Positions 11,180 through 23,387 of a stretch of 64,000 nt of DNA are shown one piece after another; the stretch's first letter is position 1, and each line of letters opens with the position of its first letter. Origin of the DNA: Massalongia carnosa (taxonomy: Eukaryota); the NCBI GenBank assembly GCA_965645245.1, contig OZ287076.1, positions 1,922,001-1,986,000 of the forward strand, read 5' to 3'. Position numbers and translations under genes: made by a program. The notes beneath the pieces are model-generated. The model saw nothing but the letters and a program-made list of their open reading frames with translations, had not been told where the DNA came from and did not search any database.

Positions 11180-11802
11180 TCAAAGCGGCTTTCTAGGCGC
11201 CGACTCCCCCCTTCTCACCGCTGGACGAGTCGCACCACCCCTGAACACGCCATCGTCATCGACCAGAGCCCGAACCCCATTGACATCCATCGTAGCCACG
11301 TGAACCGCGACCGAAACCGCGTTCGCATGCGCAGCGTCCACTCGCACCGTCTGAGGCGTCGCGTCAGGCTCGTACCCGCGGTCGACCAGCAGCACGCTGT
11401 GGTCTTCCTTTGTCTGCTCGTCTGCGACGAGGAACTGGTGCGACGAGATGGCAGACTCGGCGTGGTTGTTGTTATGGGAGTCGAGGAAGCCGGCTAGGTC
11501 CTGGACCGAATGCGAGAGGAAGGGGTAGCTGGATATTTCCGTGATAGGGGGATGGGAAGGTTGGGCGCGGGAAGTGCCAAGGTTGGCGAGGAGGGAGGGA
11601 TCGGGGAGAAGGAATATGCTCGGCGGCGAGTCGGGACCGCCCGCGTAGGCGGTCTGGATGAGGTTTGATAATGTCTTTTTTTGGGGGGAGGGGGGAAGTA
11701 GTTAGCACGCAGGTAGCATCATATAGGAATGGATAGTTACAAAGGACTCACTTCTGCCGAGATTTCTGCGACGCAGAAGAGGGGAATGAGACTCTCACTC
11801 AT
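11180..11802 (-). CDS. Small conserved hypothetical protein, 181 aa, 2 exons (11802-11752; 11674-11180); DUF6924-like by motif resemblance
   Basis: ATG 11802; intron 11751-11675 (GTGAGT...GCTAAC...AAG); the spliced frame is open: MSESLIPLFCVAEISAE|TLSNLIQTAY...FLVADEQTKEDHSVLLV...TVRVD...ATMDV...KPL*. Confidence 0.75.
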
Positions 11803-12353
11803 GCTTGCGGGAGGATCGGAGTAGAGTGAGGATGAATCAAAGTGTGAAGATAAAGTGCTGATTTGTTAAGGTACCAAGATAGGGTAGCCGTTGATAATAA
11901 GGGTTCAGATAACGTGGCTTGATGATATGAGCGATTGTATGAAACTTGTGGCGTGCTTTGGTAGAAACGAGCAACTCTTGTCAGACTATCAAGATGGGTG
12001 ACGAAATGACGATGGACTCGGCGTAAAGGCTTCTTTTATACGGTTTGCCTTGTGTGCCTCACGTCTAGCCCACCAAAAAGAGGGAATCGTCCTTATAAGT
12101 ATCGACGGAGATCCTTTTCCGAGAACGTTCCACATTACGATGTCAAGGGAGCACGGGCCGAACCGACATAACTTAGCCTCTTCGTAATGCTTATCGTCTT
12201 TGTAGCCAAATCGAACCAGTCGTTATTCTTTATCAATAGAGAACGAAATCGATAGCGAGAATCTGCCCCCGAGGCCGACATTTTACATAGCCGAGGCAGA
12301 TGCAATTGCTTGGATCAGTTCGTTTCAGCATACAACATAATTTATGGATACAT

Positions 12354-12420
12354 GTACGTTGGGGGCATGTTGGGGTCATGTTGGGGGCATGTTGGGGGCA
12401 TGTTGGGAGCATGTAGGGAG
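12354..12420. repeat. 11-bp minisatellite (CATGTTGGGGG) x ~5
   Basis: Directly visible; a (GT)n-rich tract follows at ~12620-12645. Confidence 0.85.
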
Positions 12421-13574
12421 CTGTAAGCTACACATTTACATGAAATGGTAGAATGCGAGGGATTGTGGGCGGGTGGAATTAATCTATCCGATCAGCCTTG
12501 GGTGTGTTGGAATGGTTACTCGTTTAACCTTACAGGCTGTGTGACGCTCGTCGAGGATTTTCCATACGGGCCTCCGCTCAGCCACAATGTGTACATAGTA
12601 CATATCGTGAGTTTTGTGTTGTGTGTGCGTGTGTGTGTGTGTGTGACGTGAGACGTGTGACGTGTGCATCCTGAGGATTGATAAGCAGTCATCGTTGGAT
12701 GATTCATGGATGCTGCATAAGCTACATGTTGGCTACCTATTGTGCGTAACAAGCCCTCATGTGCTGACTCCATCGATAAAGCACATTGGTTGCGCAGTCG
12801 GTCACATGACGCTGACACGTGTAACAATGCTTGCTGGTTTCAATGAATGAGAGAAAGAAAGAAAGAAAGAGCAGCGGTGAGATCATTAGGCGGAGGATAA
12901 TACTGGAAGTTTGCCCCACATGGAAAGTGGTCGACGATACTTCCTGCAAGAATCTTTTGGCCCCCGAAAATGTCTTTGTTGATCGAGAGAGGTTACAAGA
13001 CACAAAAACTGCTTGTCTTAAACCGAAACTTGAATGCAGCTGCCTTTACAGCTGATGACGATCAATGGTCAAGTCGGAAAACATACCAACAATGCGGCTG
13101 ACATGTGGGATCGTCGTTCAGTCGGCAGTTTATAATGCCGAAAGCCCTTCAATGATACGCAGCCTTACGTTTTGACTTTATATCTTGATCCTGTTGCAAT
13201 CTCAAGGCGGTCTGGCACTGCATCTGCCGTCCGGTTAGAGAGGATGATAAGATTTCTACGAAACAAGGATTCTGCAGCTTTCGCCCCCGAGCATATAGGC
13301 TGATGGTCGATATCGTAAGTACGACTGATCCATCGTTGCTACGGCTTTGCCCTATTGCCAGGCGGAGTGTCACGGATGAAACTCGCAGCTGGGCTATGGA
13401 GCCTACAAGCTTCGCAGCTAACACTATCAATACGATTGCCTCGTACTCCTATGGCATGGCAGAATATATAAACCCCCTGAATTCCCTGACTGAAGGTTAT
13501 CTTCCAGCAACAAGCAGTCCTCTCGAAAAAGCCAACTTCAGCAGCCAGCATCGTCATCCGCCGTATTACTCGAG

Positions 13575-14460
13575 ATGATGCTTCCTTTCTCCCTTTTGGC
13601 TCTGGCCAGCGTGGTGACGGCGGTGAACTTCGATTGGAACTGCCAAAACTCCCTGGGTCCATGCAATAACGCCTGCTTCCGTGTAAACTGCAGAGGTACT
13701 CCGTTGCCGTTCAATTATGACAGTAATGCGGCAAATCGAGGACCTCGTCGTACCCGCTCGGGATGTAACCGCACGCCCTGTTCCAACACCGGCTACGGTC
13801 GGTTTGGAAACTCTTGCGATGAGTTTCCCTTCGCCAGTGTCACGCAGGGCGGAACAGGAGCAACCCTTCGATGTGTTGATAGCACGGAGAATAGCAGTAA
13901 GCTTCTTATATGTTCACAATCTGTCGGACTCGTTAGCTGATTCCTGTGATTTACTATCAAGGTGAAGGAGGTCAGCTTTCGGCCTTTTATGCGGGCTTGA
14001 ACAACGGCGCTCAGTTCGGTATCGTTGTGCGAAACTACGGTGGAGCGTAAGTAACGGCCATTGACGAGCCTCCCCTTTCCCCTCTCTTCCTTGTATTCGA
14101 GAATTCATATGAAAAGAGCAGACGCTGCCTTTAAAGAGAAGTCTACACCTATTGAGAATTACTCTAACTTAAAACAGAGGATTCTGCACCAACGCCGGTA
14201 ACTGCAACAACGACGGGGGCGAGTTCAGGCTATCGAACGGTGCCTTCGTCAACGCTAAAACCCGCCGTGACAACGAGGCATATTTCACCCCCGAGGATGA
14301 TGGCCATCCCGGAAAGAAGAGCCCATTCCGCAAATTCATGGGCACGGATGGCGTGGAGCGGTTGTGGCTTTCCAGCGATCGGAACGGCACCATCGTGGGC
14401 CACGACGTTTGGAGCAAGGAGTTTGGCACGGTAAAAATCTCCCATGAGATCGTCGATTAG
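13575..14460 (+). CDS. Secreted NucA/NucB-family deoxyribonuclease, 229 aa, 3 exons (13575-13896; 13962-14046; 14178-14460)
   Basis: Signal peptide MMLPFSLLALASVVTA; CNNACF, RRTRSGC, SCDEFPFASVTQGG...LRCV...EN|SEGGQL motifs; introns 13897-13961 and 14047-14177 with GTAAG donors keep the frame to TAG at 14458-14460. Confidence 0.88.
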
Positions 14461-14661
14461 AAGAAGGATAGAAACGTTGTTGGAAGAGTGATTTGAAGCC
14501 TAGTAAGAAGTAGTATTGGTCGAAGGAAAGCTGTGCACACTCATTTCAAACGCAGATTGTTTTTGATTTTTGTCAGTGATTGACTCGTATATTGCAAAAG
14601 AAGTTATCCTGTCATTTTAACATAAAAAACTACACTCGTTTAAAAGTAAATGTGTTTAGCG

Positions 14662-14750
14662 TACGTCGCGCAACGGGTTTGGATCGGATTTTCGGGTCGG
14701 TTCGGGTTTTTTATGCGGGTTTCCGGGTTAAACCGTTCAACCCGGTCCTA
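14662..14750 (+). mobile_element. Left end of a hAT-like element (TACGTCGCGCAACGGGT plus CGGGT subterminal repeats)
   Basis: Matches the TIR family at 61141-61156 and the 8-bp-TSD MITE at 63024-63185. Confidence 0.5.
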
Positions 14751-15730
14751 TTTGAAAATTCGATAGAAACACGCCGTTTAAAACGATAAAAAATCTGCCT
14801 ATTAATCAACATTTCTTGATGACTAATTTTTACAATTTTCAGAATTTTCGAATATGTTTGTCTTTGTTGAATGGCGGTTGCGATTATAGTTGTAATAGCT
14901 TGTTAGGCTCACTGCCACATGGACCACGTGGATAGCGGGTAGTCTAATCTTCTCCTGGAAGGCTTTAGGTTTAGCGTGCTTTGTTTGCTAGGCTTTTCCT
15001 CTTACATAGCTATATAGTCAATGCGATTACGAGGTGATATTTTAAAGTATTCGGAATGGCCACCGTAGTGGCCACCGTAGTCTTGAAGAAAAGATGCAAG
15101 TTGATGCTATTCATGACGACGAGATGTATAATTGCTACTGTTAAATTATCCTCCAACCCCTTTGCGGGTGTAGCGTAGCCCTGCGAGCCTTAGCGCGCTA
15201 GGCAGTATATAATAGCCATGTAGACAGATCTCAATAGAACACACCTTCATGCAGTCTTCTCTTGTCAGGGGAGGGCTGGAGCGATACAAGACTCTATCTG
15301 CAGAACGGATATCTGGATATGCTAAAACTAGAAGTTGAGAATAATACACAAGACGTCCGATGAAGAGCTCTAAACACCTGGGAAACCACATAGACTTTAT
15401 AGCCATGGCTTTCAACTCTCCTATTCTCGACTTGCCCCATCTCTGTTCCTATACTAATTTCCTTAACATGATTGCTTTGACCTATCCCGCCTTTATCTGT
15501 GCTGAAGCACTCTCAGTCATAAGCCTGGATAGTGGAGACGTGGAGATTGGATACGGATTGTAGGAGATTGATAGTGCGCTAAGGGCGGCAGAAGAACGCC
15601 TGAGCACGATGGGTGAGATTTCACAGCAATGGGCCCTGTTAAATACTAACCCGATCAGGACAAGCGGGAGGGTGCGAAGCGATTCCGTGACAGTAGCTCC
15701 CCTCTTCAAGAACGAGCTCCTGCGAGTTGA

Positions 15731-18700
15731 CTAAATTTCTTGGCAACGACAGCGGGGAGTTGTACATGGGGTTATGTGTGGTCCGGGGGCGGCAGGGTAA
15801 GCAGAATGAAAGTCGTCTAAAGCTTGCTGACAATTAGTTAGGAAGTTGAATGGTTCCCAAGTAGGGGTATGTCCTTCCAATTGACGAAATGCTGCAACAG
15901 AGGGGGCTGATAACGGCGATCGTATTTTGAGTTCGGAATGCTGTTTACATACCATTCCCGTTGCCCGTCTTCTGCCATAACAGGATCACGCGGTGCTGGG
16001 TGTTGACCGGGCAAAGGGTCGGCAGGGTCGTGTTGCAAGAGATTGACATGGAAAACAGGATGAATCTTGACAGTCTCTGGGAGTTCCAACTGTACGATTA
16101 AAGGATTGTTTGGGAAGACACGATTCACCCGATATGGTCCTATATTTCTGTCGTCCAATTTCACCGTAGGTCTGGCAGTCTGGATATTCTTTGTGTTTAA
16201 CCAGACCATATCTCCGACAGAATAACGAGGGCAGGGACGACGATTTGCGTTGGCGTTGGATTCATATATGGCTTGGGCAATTAGCATTTCGTCACGCAGG
16301 TGAGAATCTAATTTCTGCATCCTGTCAGCGAATTTATCAGCAGCAATCAGATTTGCCCGGGCCTGGGTCGATATATTTTCCGGTAGAGGTTCTGCAGGTT
16401 CAAAGCCCATGCGGGGGTGTTGCCCTGAATTTGCTAAAAATGGCGATGCCAGAGTGCTAGATGAATCAGTGTTATTGGCAGCGAATTCAGCGCCAGGAAG
16501 AAATTCGACCCAATCATCCTGCATATAATTCACATAAGCCCTAAGGTAATGCTCCATGGACGCATTTGCTCTTTCCGTTTGACCATCTGTTTGAGGATGA
16601 TAACTGGTTGATAAACGAGCATCAATCTTTAGTCGTTTGCACAATTTTTGCCAGAAGTCCGATACGAATTGGGATCCACGATCAGATACTAGAACATCTG
16701 GCAGGCCATGGTGTTTCCATACATACCAATAGAAAGCTGTTGCGGCTTCTTCGACTTCCATCGTTATGGTAGGTGCGTAATGCTTTTGTTTGGATAATCG
16801 ATCAACGAATACGAGAATGTAGCGATAGGTGACTCCCATAAAGGTACTTACGGGGAGAGGACCGACATAATCCATGGATACGTCGCGCCAGCGGCGTTCT
16901 GGCGGAGGCAACGGTCGCAACCATCCTTGATATCTTTCCCGCGATGATTTAGACCGTTTACACACATGGCAGTTTCGCACGAATTGCTGAATGGTCTTAT
17001 GCATACTGGGCCACCAATAGGAGCGGTCGATAATCTCGAAGCATTTCGCACGTCCTGGATGGCCACCTACCACACTATCGTGGGCTAATTGCAGAATCCT
17101 AAGTCTCAATCTGTCTGATTTTGGTACATATCGACGATTTCGGAAGTAAAGAACACCATCCCTGTCTTCGCATTCAGCCAACTGAATTCCGCTGTGATAT
17201 CTGGTTCCGTTTTGCAGCATTACTAGAATTTTCGGGGCAAAGCGATCTCTTTGAATGGCTTGATTCCAAAGCTCGTCGGTAGGGATATCCATCGGGTCAT
17301 TGTCAGAGGCGATCTGATCTGAATCTGGATCGAGTTGAGGTTCGTCAGTATGATTATCATCTTCGTTGCCTAGATTTTCGGATTCATCGAGTTCGTGTTC
17401 CTGTTCTAAAAACGCAGGTGCTAGCCTTATGACTTCTTGTTCTAGGAAAGCGGGTGCTAATCTTATAGCAGGGAATAAATTCAGGTCTCGGGCAACTCCT
17501 TCATCTATATTATGCGATTTGATGACAGTTTGATGTTGAAATTGTCGGCGTTCGTCTGTTTCATCCCCTTCTTTAGGGAGATCTCCTGATCTCCTTGTTA
17601 GGGCGTCTGGTTTCCCACCTGCTTTTCCAGGGCGATAGATTATTTTATAATCAAATCGGGATAAGAACTCGCTCCAGCGGGCTTGACGGCGGCTCAATTG
17701 CTTGGAAGACGTGAAATATTCTAGATTTTTGTGATCCGTGATTACATTGATCGGGTGAGCGGAACCCTCCAATTCGGGTCTCCATTCTTCGAAAGCCCGA
17801 ACGATTGCCATTAACTCCTTATCATAGATTTCATAATTACACTCCGCCGGATTGTGTTTCTTGGAAAAGTAAGCAATAGGTCTTAGAACACTGTTCTTGT
17901 CATATTGCGAAAGAATTCCGGCGGATATATAATCAGAGGCGTCTGTCTCCACGATAATTGGCTTGTCTGGATCGAAGTGCAATAAGACTACGTCTGAGGT
18001 GAAGGTTCTCTTCATAGTGTCGAAAGCTTGCTGACATTTATCAGTCCATAAAAATTTCACGTCTTTTCGTGTGAGGTTGGTTAATGGGCCAGCAATCATG
18101 CTAAACCTCAGAATGAATCGTCTGTAAAAGTTCGCAAACCCTAAGAAGCTCTGTACGTCTTTCATGTTTTGGGGAGTGGGCCAATTAATAACAGTTTCGA
18201 CTTTGGCAGGGTCCATTTTTATCCCCTCTGTGGTCACGATTAGACCTAGATATGAAACTTCTTTCACATGAAAAGCGCATTTAGTGATGTCTGCTTGAAG
18301 GCCTGCCTCACGCAGTTTGATCAGAATTCTTTTGATGTGAATCTCGTGCTCTGATTCAACGTCACTGTATATCAGAATGTCATCCAAATATGCGGTGCAA
18401 AAGTCGTCCAGATACTCTCGCAGAGTATCGTTGATAAAGTGCTGAAAAGAGGCGGGTCCATTACACAACCCGAAAGGCATTACCAGGTACTCAAATAGAC
18501 CATATCTTGTGCGGAATGCGGTGAGTTCTTCGTCGCCTTCCTTTATGCGTAGGCGATTAAAGGCTGCTATTATATCTAATTTAGTAAATATTTTAGCTAT
18601 GGACAAACGATTCAAGGTCTCGGCTATCAATGGCAACGGATATCTATTCTTGATAGTGACGGCATTCAGGCCTCTGTAATCAACACAGAAGCGAAGGCCC

Positions 18701-20175
18701 CCTCCAGGCTTTTTCACGAACATGACAGGAGACGCCGCATGCGAACGGCTGGCACGAATGAACCCCTTGGCCAAATTGTCGTCTAAATACCGACGGAGTT
18801 CTTCTATTTCATCGCGGCTCATGCCGTATAACGCTTGATTTGGAGGTTGGAAGCCATCTTTCAAATTGATGGCATGGTCGTAGGGTCGGCGCTCTGGAAG
18901 CACTTCAGATTCTTTTCTAGAAAAAACGTCTAGGAATTCGTGATATTGTTTCGGTAAGATGGTGCTCGGGTCAACGTTCTTTCGTTCCCGAGTGGCTTCA
19001 AGCTCTTCTTGAATTACGGATGTTTCTAAGGTTAGCTCCTTATTCATTTTGCAGATGGTCATGTGCATATCCTTATCGCTAGGGCAGGCCTTCGGATTCA
19101 ATGGTGGAAAGGCCTGCATCGCTATTAGGCTAATGGATGAGCTAGGGTCGGAATGACTGGGACTGGGACTGGGAGGTGCTTTTATTCCTAAAAAGCGATC
19201 GATTTCATGAAGTGAGATACTAAATATCTCGTGATTTTTCTTTCTAGCAAGGCGATCGAAAGTTACTGCGCTGACTTCGCAAATTTGTGACGAATTGCTG
19301 CAGGATGTCTGAGTTGAGTTGATTATCTGAACTGAGCTGGATATCTGAGTCTGATTGGGTTTCTGGATTGGACTGAGTGTCCGAACTGATTGGGGTCTGA
19401 CACGTACATAGCTTTGTGATCGTGGTCTGATTTTCGGAGTTGTGCCTCTCTGAATGGCGGTGAGTATTCGGCTTGGGCCATCTTCTTTTTGATATTCAAA
19501 GATGGAGAGCTCGGGTTGACTGGTCTGCAGAGCTGTTTCTTCTGATTGCCATACCTTCTGACTTTCGGCAGGCATAAGAAATTCTTCTTCTTTCGTGGTG
19601 GCTGATTGCACCATTACAGGTGAAGGGCAGCAGTGTGCAAGGCAAAAGGGGGACGATAGGGACAAGGTGTTGTTGGAAAAGTTTGTAATGACTCCGTGTC
19701 TGCGAAGCCATGGGTGGCCCAAAACAATGGGGTAATGTCTTAATCCTGTTACATAAAGAAAGAGCTTTTCTACATGCCCATTTAGGTCCATGGTAACTTC
19801 GGCGATGTGAGTTATGTTGCCAGTCAATGCTGGCTGGCCATCGAAACCGGAAAGTCGTCTAGGATATTTCAATTGGTGTAAGGGGAAGTTATGAAAACGC
19901 GCGAAATCTTGATCAATAAAGGAATATCCAGATGCACCACTGTCCACAAGAATCAAAGCTTTTATTCTGGTTTGAAAACGACGTAATATACAAGAGATAA
20001 CCATATGACTATCTCTAAATGTCTCATCAGTTTCAAAAAGAGTAAGAGCAGACGCCGCCGAAAAACGATTGCTAGACATGAGCGGCGGTGTAAACGATGT
20101 GGACAGCAGGCAAGAAGAAATCAAGAAATATGGTTGTCTCTGCGCGCGACTATGCGCAGAGACTAAGCTTTTTCC
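15731..20175 (-). CDS. pol: Gypsy-A Pol (-1 frame relative to gag); chromodomain frameshifted near 15870
   Basis: LVDSGA (PR), YLDDILIY (RT), ETDAS (RH), GHPG...CHVC and SDRGSQF (IN); WYVNSI...NW / TWEPF chromodomain split between ORFs 15838-20124 and 15731-15955. Confidence 0.95.
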
Positions 20176-21401
20176 ACCTCCTGGACCTTCGATATCTGTG
20201 ACGTTGATATCGGCGTTGATTGTGCATTTGATGATCCCTCATATAGGACAAGGGAGCGAACCGCGGTTGTCTTTCGATTCGGGCAGTCACCAATGGTACC
20301 CGGATGTTGACGTCGACAATAGAAGCATAGCTTCCAGTCATCACAGATCTTACGGACTCCTGGATCCGTCAACTTATGGCCTCGAACAGCGGCCATTGCT
20401 GAACTCAGATCCATGGGATCGCCGCCGGCAGCGGCGACAGGGGCAGCAGGTGTGGTGACGGCCGGGGTGATGCGTGTGGTCATGTTGGAGGTGCTGGTCG
20501 TGGCAGGTGCAGTTCCTCGTCTAGTGGTCGGAGGATTGCTGGCATTGGTAGCAGGGGTGGTGCGAGAATGGCGATGTTTTAACTGCCTCAGGTCCCAGTC
20601 GGTGTCGGACCACATCTGCACATGATCGTCAAACGTAACGGGCCTGGACCCATCAATTTTTCGCCACGAGATTGCGGCTGCCTGTGTGGCGTAGTTGACA
20701 TTTGATCGCATGGCGTCGATTAAAGAGGCATCTTCCATTCCCGATCGTTCTTTCTTCTGTGTGAAGAGGTTATAGTATTCTTCGAAACTTAGCGTACCCT
20801 GTTTGAGGGTGTCACGAAGATAGGTGCGTGCGTCTTCTTCTTCAAAGCGATTGCCACATGCCTGGCGCAATTTCATTCGCCAATCTTTCAGACTTGTCAG
20901 CGCGCACAAGCCATCCGTTCTATACCTGTTCATCAAGTTGTGTGCTTTTTTCCCGATGGTAAGTCGGGATTCGGCATAAGTTATCTTTTCGTTCTCTGTA
21001 GGATAGCGGTCATGGTTCACATGCATCCTCTGTATCAGACTCTGTTCCCATGAATCGAGATTGTCCATGTTGCCGTCGTATTCGGCAATGTCCGGCAGCT
21101 TTTCTGACTTGGCCGGTTTGTCTGTGGAAAGGTTCTTGGACATAGCAGCTGTTACGGCGGCCACGATCGAAGTAAGGAACTCGGGACTGAGAGAGGAAGA
21201 AGGGGAAGACGTGGAAGGTGGTGTAACGATGGTGGAGGCTTGTCGTGCTTGGGCTTCCTGTTCCAATTTTGCTATTTGGTTTTGCAATCTCTCCATTTCT
21301 TGAAGGAATGGAAGGGGGTTGGCCTGCACGTAGGCAAGCTGTGCATCTGTGCTTTCAATGGGCTGCTCGGGCATAGGTTGTCCTTGATCTTGGTTTGACA
21401 T
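20163..21401 (-). CDS. gag: Gypsy-A Gag (412 aa)
   Basis: GDPMDLS motif and CFYCRRQHPGTIGDC knuckle. Confidence 0.92.
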   Translation of the reverse strand: MSNQDQGQPMPEQPIESTDAQLAYVQANPLPFLQEMERLQNQIAKLEQEAQARQASTIVTPPSTSSPSSSLSPEFLTSIVAAVTAAMSKNLSTDKPAKSEKLPDIAEYDGNMDNLDSWEQSLIQRMHVNHDRYPTENEKITYAESRLTIGKKAHNLMNRYRTDGLCALTSLKDWRMKLRQACGNRFEEEDARTYLRDTLKQGTLSFEEYYNLFTQKKERSGMEDASLIDAMRSNVNYATQAAAISWRKIDGSRPVTFDDHVQMWSDTDWDLRQLKHRHSRTTPATNASNPPTTRRGTAPATTSTSNMTTRITPAVTTPAAPVAAAGGDPMDLSSAMAAVRGHKLTDPGVRKICDDWKLCFYCRRQHPGTIGDCPNRKTTAVRSLVLYEGSSNAQSTPISTSQISKVQEVEKA

Positions 21402-21979
21402 GACTGATTATCTATAGGCAAAAAATGAAAAGAGAAAGGAAGAATAGTGCTTTGAAAAGCACAAAAAATAGCGATCGGACGTAATGTCAGGGGAGGGCTG
21501 GAGAGATACAAGACTCTATCTTGCAGAACGGATATCTAGATATGCTAAAACTAGAAGTTGAGAATAATACACAGGACGTCCGATGAAGAGCTCTAAACAC
21601 CTGGGAAACCACATAGACTTTATAGCCATGGCTTTCAACTCTCCTATTCTCGACTTGCCCCATCTCTGTTCCTATACTAATTTCCTTAACATGATTGCTT
21701 TGACCTATCCCGCCTTTATCTGTGCTGAAGCACTCTCAGTCATAAGCCTGGATAGTGGAGACGTTGAGATTGGATACGGATTGTAGGAGATTGATAGTGC
21801 GCTGAGGGCGGCAGAAGAACGCCTGAGCACGATGGGTGAGATTTCACAGCAATGGGCCCTGTTAAATACTAACCCGATCAGGACAAGCGGGAGGGTGCGA
21901 AGCGATTCCGTGACATCTCTCCTCCCTACCTGATAAACCATTTAACTGCTACCTTGATTAAATAATAAAACATGTTATC

Positions 21980-22128
21980 CATTGAATGTTCAACTTCTAC
22001 CAGCACAACAGATTAGATTAGATCAGTTCCAGTCTAACCGTATCGGTTACTTAAGACCTTTAGCGGTGTCTTAAGCAACCTAGGCTCGGATAAACTATTA
22101 TCACTTCGCTTAGTAGAGGGTGACCACA
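21980..22128 (+). mobile_element. Truncated LTR of the Copia-A family, inverted relative to Copia-A and cut at the Tc1-A TIR
   Basis: TTGAATGTTCAACTTCTACCAGC and GGCTCGGATAAACTATTATCA are reverse complements of Copia-A LTR segments. Confidence 0.7.
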
Positions 22129-22348
22129 CAGTCGACTGCAAAAGGTTGGTCGCGACCCTGAATTTGGGACCACATATCAAATATTTACGCGAAAATAGCA
22201 AAATGCCGGCAAAAATCCGAAAAACTACCCTCACCGCCTACATGCCAATGAAGTCGTACTACTGGTCAGTATTGAAGCGACTTGTAGATTAGTATATGTA
22301 GATGCCATTCCCCGTCTTTTTTCCCTCTCCCTCTGCCATTTTCCCAAA

Positions 22349-23372
22349 ATGCCCCCCCTCTCAGTGAGACCCTTCGTGAGACAATCACGCTTCGTTTTGT
22401 ACGAGGTGACAGCAATAAGACAATTGCATCTGTCACTGGTGTTGGCATCAGATAGATTCAACGAATGAGACGTAATTGGACTCATTTTGGAGATGTGGTT
22501 CTACCTCAATTGTCAATTGGACATCGCCCTCGTAAACTCAGTCAATTTCATGAGATTGAACTTCTGAAATATCTAGAGCAACGTCCGCGTGCCTATCTGG
22601 ACGACTTTCAGATCTCTGCAGATGAGACCACCGTTGGTCGTGCCCTAAAAAGGCTTGGTTGGAATCGAAAGAAGGTGATCAAACAAGCAGCTCAAAGAAA
22701 TCAAGGCCTTCGAGATGGATGGATGCAGAGACTCGGAGAATGGACTGCAGAGCAATTGATCTTTTTGGACGAAAGTGCAGCTTGCGAAAGAACCGGTTAT
22801 TTCCTATCTCATATTTCATCCCATCTTCGTCATTTTTCTGACTTTCTGACTAGGTGATCGACGATACGGATGGGCTCAGGTAGGCGTCCCTCCAATCATG
22901 ATTCAGGATTTGAAAAGGTCAAAGAGATGGAGCATTCTTCCTGCATTTACCGTCGATGGATATATAGCTTGGGAGGTGCATCAGGGCTCCATAACTGCCG
23001 AAATTTTCAACGACTTCGTTCGAAATCAGGTTCTTCCTCAGACGACTGCCAATAGAGGTCCTAGATCTGTTTTAGTACTAGATAATGCCAGCATTCATTG
23101 GAATCAGGAGCTTATTCAGATGTGCGAGACAGCCAACGTCACCTTGGCACGACTACCTCCTTATTCTCCAGATTTCATTCAATCCAATTGAAACGTCGTT
23201 TGCATTGCTAAAGGCATGGATTCGACGGAATCGAGAAATGAGTCTTTCGTACACGGAGCAGTATGGGGGATTCGGACAATTTCTTCCGGATGCAGTCAAA
23301 GATCTGAGAATGGGAGACCCGGGAAATTTATTTAGATTGGCTGGCATTCAGTATCCCACCATTTCAATCTGA
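22349..23372 (+). pseudogene. DD34E transposase of Tc1-A (intron 22796-22853, frameshifts)
   Basis: HTH region TVGRALKRLGW; FLDES...RRYGWA; VLDNASIH; LPPYSPDF-NPIE broken by a 4-bp TTCA duplication near 23175; 34 residues between D2 and E. Confidence 0.88.
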
Positions 23373-23387
23373 TTAGATACATAGTAT

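Larger units (their letters stand above)
15263..21915 (-). mobile_element. Gypsy-A: Ty3/gypsy chromovirus (LTRs 15263-15692 and 21485-21915)
   Basis: ~430-bp TG...CA LTRs with about 5 substitutions and 1 indel; TSD TCTCT; gag and pol with PR-RT-RH-IN-chromodomain. Confidence 0.97.
15139..21947. mobile_element. ~151-bp solo-LTR-like element (15139-15262 plus 21921-21947) split by Gypsy-A
   Basis: TSD GCTAC (15134-15138, 21948-21952); an uninterrupted inverted copy lies at 61206-61357. Confidence 0.75.

Noticed and set aside
15360..15709. Short ORFs repeated in LTR copies (MKSSKHLGNH..., MPRNFGVIV...)
   Set aside because: They recur only because the LTR is duplicated; there is no coding evidence.
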